Shown piece by piece: positions 1 to 10,020 of a stretch of DNA of 64,000 nt. Below the pieces are notes generated by a model. That model was not told the DNA's origin and ran no database searches. It saw only the letters and a list, made by a program, of their open reading frames with translations. The stretch's first letter is position 1. Each line of letters opens with the position of its first letter. The stretch lies in assembly GCA_027622665.1 (NCBI GenBank), contig JAQBYT010000007.1, positions 32,001-96,000 of the forward strand, read 5' to 3'. A program made the position numbers and the translations under genes. This stretch comes from Verrucomicrobiota bacterium (lineage in GTDB: Bacteria > Verrucomicrobiota > Verrucomicrobiia > Opitutales > Seribacteraceae).

Positions 1-563
1 TTGCGCGGCAAGCCATTCGGAGGCATTTGCGTGGGTGGCGTCCAGGGAGGTGTGAGCTGCCTCGTGGACGAGGGTTTCCTCGAGTATCCCGTCTGCCGAG
101 TACTGCTCGGCTTGCCCGGTGTGTATCAATAGGTTTTCGTTACCCCCACCGAAGGGGTTGTTGCCCAAGTGAATCCAGACGGTCTCGACGTCCTTTCGCA
201 AGCACTTGGGCAAGCGGCCGATGACGGGCGCGTACTTCAAGGCTTCCGCCCGGGCCGTGTGGACATCGCCGAACTCCGGGTTCACTTGTATTTCTATGTC
301 CGGTCCGTCGCTGAAACTTGCATTGAACAAGAAAGCGTTCAAGTCCACCCAGTCCGCTCTGCGGTCGTACATACTTCGTTGGCCTCGACCGGCATCGGTA
401 AGCTTTTGGTAAGCGGTCGGATCGGACTCGGTGATTACGTCCGGATCGAGAAAAATCGTGCCTCCGAACGGTGGGGTTCCCTGATCATTGAAACGATGAA
501 GGTTTCTGCAACGAGAATTAATGAAATGACGGCCAATAGTCTCTTTCCCTTGTCGTTCTTCAC
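1..563 (-). pseudogene. HEXXH-containing putative secreted zinc metallopeptidase-like protein, frameshifted near 481-490, 3' end runs off the window
   Basis: Manual translation, not in the ORF track. The frame ending at base 1 reads GTPPFGGTIFLDPDVIT...NPEFG...IGRLP...ETVWIH...GILEETLVHEAAHTSLD. It has no start codon upstream of GTPP before a TAA at 567-565. A signal-peptide-like MKNDKGKRLLAVISLILVAE begins at GTG 563 in another frame. Confidence 0.6.
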
Positions 564-632
564 TTTAAAAAGACTAGAGTAATTTTGTTTCTAAGGCAAA
601 GACAGGAGTAATATAGGGTTGGTGGCCGGTAG

Positions 633-1619
633 TCACTGTGCAAGTGCCATGACTGCCCAGCAGGTGGCGCTGATCGAGATGAACTGGTCTTTCCCGTGGG
701 GAAACGAGCTCTCGAAATACTTTTGGATGGGTTTGCTACGGGTTTTTACGCGCCAGGAACCATCGGGTTCTTGGTGGCCGAGCAGCCATTTTACGCCGGA
801 TTTGTATTGGGGAGAATGGGCAGGCAGGGCACCGCTTCGCATCAAGGCCGAAAGGGCTAGCCCGGTGGCGTAGGCGTCGCTGTTCATGTCGGGCGTTTGG
901 GACCAACCTCCGTCCGAGGATTGTAGGTCGAGGAGGGACTTGGCCGCTGTCTGCTTTTCGTCAGCTCTCTCGTCGCCCCAATGAAGGCCGAAAACCTTGA
1001 AGGCGTGGTCCTCGGTCGATTTCAGCTCCGTTTTCTTCAGCCATGCCAAGGCCCGCTTGATGGGTTCGGCTTTCTCGGTGGGTTCAGCGAATTCGGCGAT
1101 ACCTTTGATCGCCAATGCGGTGGCCGTGAAGTGGCTGTCCTCGAGGGGAGGTCTATGGGTGCGGATGCGCCAACCGCCGTCCTCGTGCTCGGTTTTCAAT
1201 AAGTATTGGACGAGTGCTTTCGTGACCTCGCTCGGCGGAGTTCCCGCCGCAGCCAATCCCGTTAGGGCGTAGCCCGCATTATAGGCCCCGCCGGGCACGC
1301 CTTCTCCTTTTAATAGACGTTTTCGTCGATCTCCGAAGTATTCCAAGGCGAACTGCACCTGCACGGAGAGGGAATCGGGCTGAAGTTCGATGCCCGAGAG
1401 CTCGGCCCGGCTCATCGCCATCATGGTGAGTGCCTGATGATGGCAGGAAAAGCATTCCCGCTTGTCGACGTAAGTGGCGGAGCTTTTCTCGATCAGTGAG
1501 ACGGCTAGCTCCACGGTGGCCCGAAGAGGGACGTCTTTGACCTGACTCGACGGTGGGAGCGCGGAGGCAGCCGTGAGGATGATGACGGTGAAGGCCAAAG
1601 TTGCCCGAATGGCGTTCAT
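633..1619 (-). CDS. Secreted prenyltransferase/squalene-hopene cyclase-like (QW-repeat) protein
   Basis: Signal peptide; CFSCHH motif; QW-like repeats EHEDGGW, QSSDGGW, QEPDGSW; C-terminal FPHGKDQFIS...WAVMAL. Confidence 0.75.
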   Translation of the reverse strand: MNAIRATLAFTVIILTAASALPPSSQVKDVPLRATVELAVSLIEKSSATYVDKRECFSCHHQALTMMAMSRAELSGIELQPDSLSVQVQFALEYFGDRRKRLLKGEGVPGGAYNAGYALTGLAAAGTPPSEVTKALVQYLLKTEHEDGGWRIRTHRPPLEDSHFTATALAIKGIAEFAEPTEKAEPIKRALAWLKKTELKSTEDHAFKVFGLHWGDERADEKQTAAKSLLDLQSSDGGWSQTPDMNSDAYATGLALSALMRSGALPAHSPQYKSGVKWLLGHQEPDGSWRVKTRSKPIQKYFESSFPHGKDQFISISATCWAVMALAQ

Positions 1620-1797
1620 CCCGTGAGCATAGAGTTGTCGGACACGCCGTCAACCTCGAGCTGACTCCTAGCGGTGGTTTTGGGATTGTGGAGTTTGGTT
1701 TAGAGCACGGAAGAGGTGAGACGACTTGACGGTGGTGATTTCGTTATCTAATGATTTTAAAACTTGCTTCCGCAAACCTCATCACAAATAACTAGTT

Positions 1798-2721
1798 ATG
1801 AATAAATCATTATGGATGACCTCTCTCGCTGTGTTTCTTCCGCTTGCTTCGATTGTTGCCAAGCCACTGAACTTGGAGCAGGTGGCTGATGACGCGAACT
1901 GGTTGATGCACGTAGATTTCGACACGGCCAGAGCTTCGAGCATCGGTTCCTTCATCATGGATGAAATCGAAAGCAAATCGGAAGCCGTTGAACGGATGGC
2001 CGAGGTGCGGGCATCTTACGGCGTAGACCCCAAGGGGTTCTCGGGCCTGACGATGTTTGGTAACGGTGAGCATAAAAAAGGCATAGCGATCATGTCCGGA
2101 GGCGTAGACCCCGCGAAGATGACAGCCTTTGCCCGTAAGAACGATACTTTTGAGACGATCAGGTCGGGGAAAGATGAAATCCATTCCCTGAATCAGGACA
2201 AGAGGCACCCGATGGCCTTCTCCACGCTGAAGAACGACGTCATCGTGGGCGGACCCGATGCCGATTACGTTAGACAGGGAATCAAGTTGGCCAAGGGAAA
2301 GGGAGCGTCAAGAGGTCCGATCGCCCTGTTGGGAGAACTTTGTCAAATCATAGATAATCCCGGGTTCATCGCCTACGTCGACTTGGCCAAGGCATCGGCC
2401 CACCATGATCTCGACAGACGCGGGATGGGCATGGCGAAGAAGATGAAATCCATGGGGATGGTGGTCGGGGAAGCCGACGGTTTGCTTAAAATGGTGGCGA
2501 TCGTGGTGGCTGAAGACGAGGAGACCGCCGCCCAAATGGAAGGCATGGCCAATGGCATGATGGCGATGGCCGCCTTGGGCAAGGACTCTACACATCGTCT
2601 GGCTAATCTGTTGAAAAGCCAGTCGGTGACTCGAACCGGCAATACGGTTACCTTACAGGTCGGGTTGGCCATCGATGTGATCGAGGATCACATCGAGAAG
2701 GAAATGCGGAAGCGCATTTAA
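1798..2721 (+). CDS. Hypothetical exported protein
   Basis: 307-aa ORF with a Sec-type signal peptide; no recognisable catalytic motif. Confidence 0.75.
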   Translation: MNKSLWMTSLAVFLPLASIVAKPLNLEQVADDANWLMHVDFDTARASSIGSFIMDEIESKSEAVERMAEVRASYGVDPKGFSGLTMFGNGEHKKGIAIMSGGVDPAKMTAFARKNDTFETIRSGKDEIHSLNQDKRHPMAFSTLKNDVIVGGPDADYVRQGIKLAKGKGASRGPIALLGELCQIIDNPGFIAYVDLAKASAHHDLDRRGMGMAKKMKSMGMVVGEADGLLKMVAIVVAEDEETAAQMEGMANGMMAMAALGKDSTHRLANLLKSQSVTRTGNTVTLQVGLAIDVIEDHIEKEMRKRI

Positions 2722-2859
2722 GGCGATTGCCCCGGATCTGTAAGATTTTCTTGGGCGACGTTATCGCCATAGAGTGTGAGGAGGACATTTTCCTCTTTTC
2801 TTTAATATTCTCCATTCCTCGTTTGACTTAAACACATTGGAAATATTTCCTCTGTTACC

Positions 2860-3840
2860 TTGAATAATTCATTTGATGCGAGTTTGCCGGAATTCCTGAG
2901 AGGTGGAAGAATCCTTTGGGTCGTAGCCGGAATATTAGTAATAGCGGGATTGGGATCCTCCATCTATACGGTGGAACCCGAATCCGAAGGGGTTGTCCTG
3001 CGGTTCGGCAAGCACCTCGACACCGTTCCTGCGGGCCTTCATTGGAAATTGCCGTTCGGTATCGACGACGTGTACGTGCTTCCGGTTAAGCGGCAACTGA
3101 AGCAGGAATTCGGTTTTGGGTCGGAGGGTGCAACCAATGACTCACAGGTTTCTTCCAGAAGGGAGCAAGACCAAGAACGCAGCATGGTCACGGGGGACCT
3201 GAACACCGCAGTCGTCGAATGGGTGGTGCAGTACCGAATCGTGCAACCCGATAAGTTTCTATTCAAGGTGCAGAACCCGGAAGATACCCTCCGAAACGTT
3301 TCGCAGGCTGTTATGCGGACTATGGTGGGTGATCGTACAGTGGACGAGGTGATTACAATCGGACGACAGGAAATCGAGGAACAAGCTCGTATAATGCTGG
3401 CGGAACAGGTGAACAATTATGAGCTCGGCATTCAGATAGACCTTATCCAGCTCCTCAACGTCAAGCCTCCTCCCCTCGTCGAACCTTCTTTCAACGAGGT
3501 GAATCAGGCGAAACAAGAGAAGAAGCGTATGATCAACGTTGCCGAGGGCAAGAAAGAGGAGGTCCGCAAGGCCGAGGGAGAAGCCCAGCAAAAGATTCAA
3601 GCGGCTGAAGGCTATGCGGAAAAGAGGGTAAATGAAGCCGAAGGAGACGTGTCTAGATTCAATGCGGTTTTCGATGAATACCTTAAGGCGCCGCAAGTGA
3701 CCAAGCAGCGTCTTTACCTAGAAACGATGAAAGAGGTCTTGCCTCAACTCGGGCGTAAGATCATTTTGGATCAAGAGCTCTCCCGAGTTCTTCCTCTTCT
3801 TCAACTGGAAACGGCGCTGGATGGAAGGAGTTCACGATGA
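2860..3840 (+). CDS. hflK: FtsH protease modulator HflK
   Basis: N-terminal TM, GVVLRFGK, GLHWKLPFGID, MVTGDLN, SPFH domain, APQVTKQRLYLETM; TTG start; overlaps hflC by 4 nt. Confidence 0.93.
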   Translation: MNNSFDASLPEFLRGGRILWVVAGILVIAGLGSSIYTVEPESEGVVLRFGKHLDTVPAGLHWKLPFGIDDVYVLPVKRQLKQEFGFGSEGATNDSQVSSRREQDQERSMVTGDLNTAVVEWVVQYRIVQPDKFLFKVQNPEDTLRNVSQAVMRTMVGDRTVDEVITIGRQEIEEQARIMLAEQVNNYELGIQIDLIQLLNVKPPPLVEPSFNEVNQAKQEKKRMINVAEGKKEEVRKAEGEAQQKIQAAEGYAEKRVNEAEGDVSRFNAVFDEYLKAPQVTKQRLYLETMKEVLPQLGRKIILDQELSRVLPLLQLETALDGRSSR

Positions 3841-4832
3841 AGAAAATGAACGCATTCTTTTTCCCTATTCTGTTCCTTGTGCCGATGGCGATATTCACTC
3901 TTTTTATGAGTGCCTATGTCGTACACGAGACAGAGCAGGTGATCATCACCCAGTTTGGCGAAATCGAGGGTGACCCCGTGACTGAACCAGGTTTGCATTT
4001 CAAGCTCCCCTTCGTGCAGAAGGTGAATCGGATCGAAAAGCGTTTTCTTCCTTGGGACGGACCCGCGAATGAAATGTCCACCAAGAAAAAGGACTACCTG
4101 ATCGTCGATACCTTTGCCCGTTGGAAAATAAGCGACCCCAAGCTGTATTTCACAAACCTTCGCGATGAACGCAGTGCGCTTTCTCGCCTGAACGATATCC
4201 TCGGCAGCGAAACCCGCAATGCCGTGGCGAAGCATGAAATCATCGAAATCATTCGCAGCAACAAGAATCGTGTGCCCGCCCGCGATGAAACCCTGTACGA
4301 GCTTAACGAGCGCAATGGAAGCGTATTCACTGATCTCAGTTTCGGGAGAGAAGACGTGGAGGCGCAGATTTTCGAAACCGCCGGCCCAAAGCTGAAAAAC
4401 CTCGGCATTGAATTGCTCGACATACGTTTCAAGCGCATAAACTACAATGAGACCGTGCGTCGGGAAATTTACGCCAGCATGATCAGTGAACGACAGGAAA
4501 TTGCGGCGCGATATCGTTTCGAGGGAGACGGAGAAGCGGCAAGAATAGAAGGCGAGAAGGAACGACGATTAGCAGTAGTTGCCTCCGAAGCTTACAGAAC
4601 CGTGGAGGAAATTCGCGGCAAGGCGGATGCCAGTGCCACCGCCATTTATGCCAAGGCTTACAACAAGACGCCCGAGGCGGCTAAGTTTTATGCCTTTCTA
4701 CAGACCTTGGAAACCTACAAGGTGATACTCGATCGTCAGTCTTCCTTAATACTCACGACCGATAGCCCCTTGTTCAATCTCTTCAAGAGCCTAAATGTTG
4801 AAGTTGAGGAAGTTGAAGAGCTTGCTCCCTAA
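3837..4832 (+). CDS. hflC: FtsH protease modulator HflC
   Basis: IITQFGE, EPGLHFKLPFVQ, VDTFARWKISDP, MISERQEIA, IRGKADA. Confidence 0.93.
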   Translation: MKKMNAFFFPILFLVPMAIFTLFMSAYVVHETEQVIITQFGEIEGDPVTEPGLHFKLPFVQKVNRIEKRFLPWDGPANEMSTKKKDYLIVDTFARWKISDPKLYFTNLRDERSALSRLNDILGSETRNAVAKHEIIEIIRSNKNRVPARDETLYELNERNGSVFTDLSFGREDVEAQIFETAGPKLKNLGIELLDIRFKRINYNETVRREIYASMISERQEIAARYRFEGDGEAARIEGEKERRLAVVASEAYRTVEEIRGKADASATAIYAKAYNKTPEAAKFYAFLQTLETYKVILDRQSSLILTTDSPLFNLFKSLNVEVEEVEELAP

Positions 4833-4855
4833 CCGGGTTTCCGTTTTGTTTGCCA

Positions 4856-5974
4856 CTAATCCGTTGGCGGGGTTCGAGCTTCTCCGGGCTTGACCGATTG
4901 CCCGGTCTCGGCGCTTTGAAGGGCGGCGAAGCAAAGCTCCAGTGATTGCAGGTTGTTTCTTGCGCTGTGGGAGGGTTCCCGGTTCTCCTCTATTGCGCAT
5001 AGCAGTTCGCCCATGGTTCCTTGAAAGCCCGACTCGAACCAGCTGCCGGTCAACGGAACCTGGACAAATCCTTCCTCAAGGTAAACTGCTATTTCGGTTT
5101 GGTCGTTGAGACCGGGTCCGCGTGATCGAAGAGTACCTTTAGTGCCGACGACGGTGGTGACGTCTTCCTCGCCTAGCTTTGTGTGGGCGTTGAAGCCCAT
5201 GCGAACCTGAGCCTCCGGATACTCGATGATTACCGAACCAAGGGCGGGTGGGCGATAGACCTGCTCGGAGTAACCGACGGCGGACGCGAATACCTTGCTC
5301 GGCGTTTGCCCAGTCATCAGGCAGCTAGTTATGTCGAACCAGTGAACGGCGAAATCGAACAGCACCATGTGCCCGATCCTTTCGAATCCCGGAATGCCCT
5401 TAATCCAAGTTTGGTCCCATTGCAGGGAGAAATCCACGGAGGTCACACGCCCGATCAGGCCCGATGCGATTGCCTTGCGAAGGTAACTGAAGTGGGGTGC
5501 CCATCGACCGTTTTGGTTGACGGCTATTTTTAGGTTTTTCTCTTCCGCCAAGGCGACGAGCTTTTCGCCTTCGTCGAGGTCGAGTACGAAAGGTTTTTGA
5601 CTGAGCACGTGCTTCCCCGCATCCAAGGACTCACGAAGGATGGGAAAGCGATCGGCGGGGTGGGGTGTCACGTCGACGACTTCGATATCCTCGACCTCGA
5701 GCAATTCTCGGTAATCCTCGAAGACGAGCGCGTCGGGGTAAAACTGATCCCGTTTTTCTTCGGCCTTTGATCGTGTGCGGTTGGCGATTGCCGTGACTTC
5801 GAATCCGCACGCCTTGTAGTTCTTGAGATGGAACTCGCTGATACCCCCGGCTCCGATCAAGCCGATCTTCGGGTTGTAGCTTTTCGGTTTCTTGGGAAGG
5901 TAGTCGACCGGCGGTGGATCGATCGTCTTTTCTACCTTTTCGGGACTCAGCCCATAGTCGTCGTCTTCCGACAT
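4856..5974 (-). CDS. Gfo/Idh/MocA family oxidoreductase
   Basis: IGLIGAGGIS Rossmann motif, HVLSQKP, VNQNGRW, DFAVHWFD. Confidence 0.9.
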   Translation of the reverse strand: MSEDDDYGLSPEKVEKTIDPPPVDYLPKKPKSYNPKIGLIGAGGISEFHLKNYKACGFEVTAIANRTRSKAEEKRDQFYPDALVFEDYRELLEVEDIEVVDVTPHPADRFPILRESLDAGKHVLSQKPFVLDLDEGEKLVALAEEKNLKIAVNQNGRWAPHFSYLRKAIASGLIGRVTSVDFSLQWDQTWIKGIPGFERIGHMVLFDFAVHWFDITSCLMTGQTPSKVFASAVGYSEQVYRPPALGSVIIEYPEAQVRMGFNAHTKLGEEDVTTVVGTKGTLRSRGPGLNDQTEIAVYLEEGFVQVPLTGSWFESGFQGTMGELLCAIEENREPSHSARNNLQSLELCFAALQSAETGQSVKPGEARTPPTD

Positions 5975-5986
5975 GTCGCGTTTCTT

Positions 5987-6812
5987 TTAGCTGCGAAGAC
6001 CTACCAGCTCCATCATTTCGGCTGTTGAGCGGTAGGCTTCCTCCACCCACTCGACGATCTTCGACGGATCCGGGGAGTACTCCAGTTCGAGTGAGATCGA
6101 ACCATCGAAATCGAGATCCTTGATGGCTTGCAGGTAAGGCGAGAACTTTACTACTCCTCTGCCGGGAGGAAGATCTCCGTGCACCTTGCCGTCGCAATCG
6201 CTAATGTGTACGTGGGTTGCCTTTCCCTTGAGGCTAGTCAACTCGGCCGGCGATACGTCGGCGAGGACGAGGTGGCTGACGTCGATGTTGGCCTTCACTC
6301 CGGGGTGGGCGCAGTCGTCGATGAACCTGACCATCTCCTTTACGTTGTTTAGCAAGCTCAGCCTGAATGGCTCGAGCTCGAGGGCAATTTCGATACCGCT
6401 CTGGCCCGCGTAGTCGGCAATTTTGCGGGTGTTCTCAATTGCCCATTGCCATTGCATCTCGGGAGGGATCACTTCGCGCTGCCAAATGTATTCGCCCAGT
6501 ACGAGAAGGAGGTTGTCGGACTTGAAACGAGCGGCGAGGTCCACGAATTTCTTGGCCCGTTCTACGTGAAAGAAAGTCGCGGACGGGGTCATTGAAGTCT
6601 ATCAACCCTGCTGCGACGACGACGACGGAAACGATGGGCAGGTTATTCTCGCCGCAGGTTGATTCAATGAGCTGAATCTCGTCTTCCCGTATGGTCATTG
6701 CCTCGGTGAAAACGTCGACCGAGTCGAAGGCGATGCGGGCTATGTGTTCCAAGCCGGTTTTAGTGTCTACACCGGCTTGATCGAAAGCGCTGTTGATGAT
6801 TCCAAGTTTCAT
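5987..6812 (-). pseudogene. Sugar phosphate isomerase/epimerase (xylose isomerase-like TIM barrel), frameshifted
   Basis: ORFs 6435-6812 (MKLGIINS...DFNDPVRDF) and 5987-6592 (HVERAKK...ELEPF...NIDVSH...HVHISD...LELE) join if a 4-bp duplication near 6570 (coding strand gacTTTCTTTCacgta) is removed. Confidence 0.85.
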
Positions 6813-6825
6813 AATATTGAAAGGA

Positions 6826-7665
6826 TTAAACGTTTAATTCTTCGAGGCTTTGGGCACTCTCGTCTTCCACCTTCAGGTCCGAGAACGAGACTTCCGAGCC
6901 TTTAGTATGCGCGTAACCGACTTCCAGCACCTTTTCGTCTTCCACTTTGTGAAGCTTGGTGTAGCGGGGGTGATGCGAGTCCTTATAGGGGTCGTTCGCG
7001 GCGGCGTTGTAACAACAGATCATGGCCCAGCGAGAATTTTCCGAATTATTGGCTGCCGAGCAGTGGAGCAAGTTCGGATGAAAGAACAAGGAGTCGCCGG
7101 GATCCAACACGACGTGCACGAGGTCGAGACGCTTTTTCGCTTCTTCGACCCGTTCCGAGTCGGCTCCCGCTTGATCGCCGGACAAGATGTGATTCACTCT
7201 GCCCATCTTGTGGGAATTCTTGAGAACTTGCAGGCAACCGTTTTCCTGGGTTGCGGCATCCACGGCGATCATGACGCTGCACAAGTCGGGAAAAAGAACT
7301 CCGTTCTGGTACCAATAACCGTAGTCCTGATGCCAAGCCCAAGCCCCTCCGATCTTTGCGTCCTTCAAGATCATTTTGGAATGGTAGTGGTATGCTTCGC
7401 CACCGAGCAATTGCTCGACCGATTCCACCACCCGTTTGCAGCGTGCGAACATACCGTAGATCCCATCACCGGGATGGTTCCACAAGGCGAGTCGCACCTC
7501 ATTGCCTTTGCCGTCGTCCATGGAGGAGGAAGCCTTGTCCATGGCGTTGTCGTGATCAGCCGTTGAGCGTAACACCTTTGTCTCTTCTTTGGAAAAAAGT
7601 CCTCGGACGATTACATAGCCGTCTTCCTCGTAGGAGGATATCTGTTCTGGTGTGAGTAGTGACAT
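6826..7665 (-). CDS. Fe(II)/2-oxoglutarate dioxygenase, PhyH family (proline 4-hydroxylase/ectoine hydroxylase-like)
   Basis: YHYHSKMILK, WAWHQDYGYW (HxD), FFHPNLLHCS (distal His), SRWAMICCY (2OG-binding Arg). Confidence 0.88.
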   Translation of the reverse strand: MSLLTPEQISSYEEDGYVIVRGLFSKEETKVLRSTADHDNAMDKASSSMDDGKGNEVRLALWNHPGDGIYGMFARCKRVVESVEQLLGGEAYHYHSKMILKDAKIGGAWAWHQDYGYWYQNGVLFPDLCSVMIAVDAATQENGCLQVLKNSHKMGRVNHILSGDQAGADSERVEEAKKRLDLVHVVLDPGDSLFFHPNLLHCSAANNSENSRWAMICCYNAAANDPYKDSHHPRYTKLHKVEDEKVLEVGYAHTKGSEVSFSDLKVEDESAQSLEELNV

Positions 7666-7830
7666 GGAAGGAGGGAGTTTAAGATTTATTGTTTGTTCGA
7701 TGCATCCGTCAAAGCCGAATTTTCGGTTGTCCGATAAATTTCCTCATCACCAAGCTAGGTTCGAAATCGGAGGAGTCAAATGGATTTTGTTCGTTGCTCC
7801 TCCGTCCTTAACCCTTAAAAGAATTAAGAC

Positions 7831-8898
7831 ATGAGGTTTAGTAACCCTAAATTAATCGTCACTCTAATTGCATTTGCCTTTTCTTGTGTAGGAGACGCGA
7901 GGACGAGAGCCGATCTCGTGCCCGAAGACACTTTGTTGATCGATCTTGTTACGGGCAGGGTAGTGATCGAAATGTTTCCCGCCGTCGCTCCCGGGCACGT
8001 TGCCCGCATTCGAGAACTTGCTCGGTCAGGTCTTTACGACGGGGTTGCTTTTCATCGGGTGATCGATGGTTTTATGGCGCAGACGGGAGATGTGAAATAC
8101 GGAAACGTAAAAAGTAACTACAACCCATCCCTCGTCGGCACGGGAAACTCCGACTTAGCCGATCTGGCCGCCGAGTTCAATGAGCTCAAGCATTTTCGAG
8201 GAACGGCATCGATGGCGAGGTCTCAAGATCCCAACAGTGCGAACAGTCAGTTCTTCATTTGTTTTTCCGATGCCACTTTTCTTGACGGACAATACACCGT
8301 TTGGGGGCAGGTGGTGGAGGGGATGGAGCATGTGGATAAGATTGAGCGAGGAGTTACCGGCAGCGGTGCCGTGGGGAATCCCGATTCGATGGTCAAGGTG
8401 ACGGTCGCCTCGGATACTGTTTTACGGATCGACGATAATGCTTCGGCAGGTGGCGACGGTACTTCGTGGTCCAAGGCGTTTACCACTTTGTCCGACGCAT
8501 TGGACGCGGCGGGCACCGGATTTGAGCTTTGGGTTGCAGAAGGAGAGTACCGTTTGACGGGATCTCTCGAGTCGCGTTTGAAGAACGAAGTAAAGTCTTT
8601 CGGAGGTTTCAAAGGGACTGAGCTGATTCGAACTCCCCTAGGCGAAGCCAATGCCACCCGGTTGGTGGATGCCCTGCCCATCCAGCCGGTGGATAGTAAC
8701 GCCTCACCTCATACTTACGGATGGTACTTCCAACCTGAGTGGGGCTGGATCTGGACCAGTGAGAAGACCTTCCCTTACGTTTATTTGGCGGGGGGCAATG
8801 GTCAGGGAGCCGGTTGGTTGATGTTTCGCGAAGGTTCGGCTGCCCCCGTTTACTTTTATAGTTTTGCCGAGAAAAAATGGGTGACTCTAGGAGAATAG
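7831..8898 (+). CDS. Secreted cyclophilin-type peptidyl-prolyl isomerase with C-terminal extension
   Basis: Signal peptide; FHRVIDGFMAQTGD, SMARSQDPNSANSQFFI, LDGQYTVWGQV; then a DGTSWSKAF...LWVAEGEY segment and an aromatic C-terminal module. Confidence 0.9.
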   Translation: MRFSNPKLIVTLIAFAFSCVGDARTRADLVPEDTLLIDLVTGRVVIEMFPAVAPGHVARIRELARSGLYDGVAFHRVIDGFMAQTGDVKYGNVKSNYNPSLVGTGNSDLADLAAEFNELKHFRGTASMARSQDPNSANSQFFICFSDATFLDGQYTVWGQVVEGMEHVDKIERGVTGSGAVGNPDSMVKVTVASDTVLRIDDNASAGGDGTSWSKAFTTLSDALDAAGTGFELWVAEGEYRLTGSLESRLKNEVKSFGGFKGTELIRTPLGEANATRLVDALPIQPVDSNASPHTYGWYFQPEWGWIWTSEKTFPYVYLAGGNGQGAGWLMFREGSAAPVYFYSFAEKKWVTLGE

Positions 8899-9093
8899 AA
8901 AGCCGAGTTTAATCGAGCGAGTCGCAAGCTCCAGAGGTGTAGAGGATTCAGCGAGAATTATAGATATTCATACTTGGAAATCCTACGAATATCCAAGGTA
9001 TGCAGGTTGACATTCAGGATTTACGCGCCCATCTCTTGGAGTAATTGGCAGGTTTACTCTCGCCACCATTCTCAACTTCCAAACATACGAATT

Positions 9094-9930
9094 ATGACTC
9101 GAAACCTATCAAGACCTATTTTAGGGTTCCTTACTATTGCTTTGTTTTTGAGCTCTCTCGCGGGTGCCACCAAGGTTCTTTACGTTACGCACGAACCTGG
9201 CAGGTGGCACAAGTACACCGCGCAAAAGAAAATTTTCGCCCAAATTGCCGAAAAGGCCGGCTGGGAACTGACCGTCATGACGGGCGAGCACGAACCGCAG
9301 ATTGCCAAACTGCGCACCCCCGACTTCGGCAAGGGATACGACGCCATTGTCTACAACTTCTGTTTCGCAAAGAGCAGGGATATTGAAGCTCAGGCCAATT
9401 TAGTTGCTCAGACTAGAGAACACGGAGTCCCCGCCATGCTCATCCACTGCGCCATGCACAGCTGGTGGCCCACTTACAGGGACGGCAAGCCGGGAGCAAT
9501 CGGCCCCGCTTACAAAGGGAATGCAAAGGCCGATCCCGCTCTTGTCGCCGAATGGAAAAAAAAGCATGGCGACAAGCCGTTTCCCGCATGGGGCGACTTT
9601 ACAGGTGTGGCTAGCGGCCGTCACGGTCCTCACCAGCCCATCAAGATGATCAAGGTGGGCAACCATGCTGCGACCAAGAGCTTTCCCCAGGAGTTCACCA
9701 CCGGTAAAACCGAGCTCTATAACAACATTTACAAGTTAGATGCAGTGGTTCCTCTCATCGAGGGCGTCCAAGGAAAAACCAAGGCCACCGTTATGTGGCT
9801 CTGTCCTCAAGGGAAGTCTCAAGTCATGGGACTGACCGTAGGGCACGACATGGGCGATTGGGCCACCAACGAGTATCGGGGGCTGATCACCGATGGCGTA
9901 AACTATCTGGTTCAGCACCCGAAACCATAA
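9094..9930 (+). CDS. ThuA-like (class I glutamine amidotransferase-like fold) exported protein
   Basis: Start moved to ATG 9094 (MTRNLSRP, signal peptide); KVLYVT, YDAIVYNFC, LIHCAMHS, ELYN, GLTVGHD. Confidence 0.75.
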   Translation: MTRNLSRPILGFLTIALFLSSLAGATKVLYVTHEPGRWHKYTAQKKIFAQIAEKAGWELTVMTGEHEPQIAKLRTPDFGKGYDAIVYNFCFAKSRDIEAQANLVAQTREHGVPAMLIHCAMHSWWPTYRDGKPGAIGPAYKGNAKADPALVAEWKKKHGDKPFPAWGDFTGVASGRHGPHQPIKMIKVGNHAATKSFPQEFTTGKTELYNNIYKLDAVVPLIEGVQGKTKATVMWLCPQGKSQVMGLTVGHDMGDWATNEYRGLITDGVNYLVQHPKP

Positions 9931-10020
9931 CTGGGTTGCGTCCTCTTGGACAACCCCTCCGCTGTTCTTCGGGGTTTACTCCAGCTTTTCTACTTATTCT
10001 AAACTCCTGCAATCATCCTC

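Noticed and set aside
27..873. Plus-strand ORFs 27-224, 169-582, 206-412, 619-873
   Set aside because: Antisense shadows of the minus-strand HEXXH and QW-repeat genes; no protein-like motifs.
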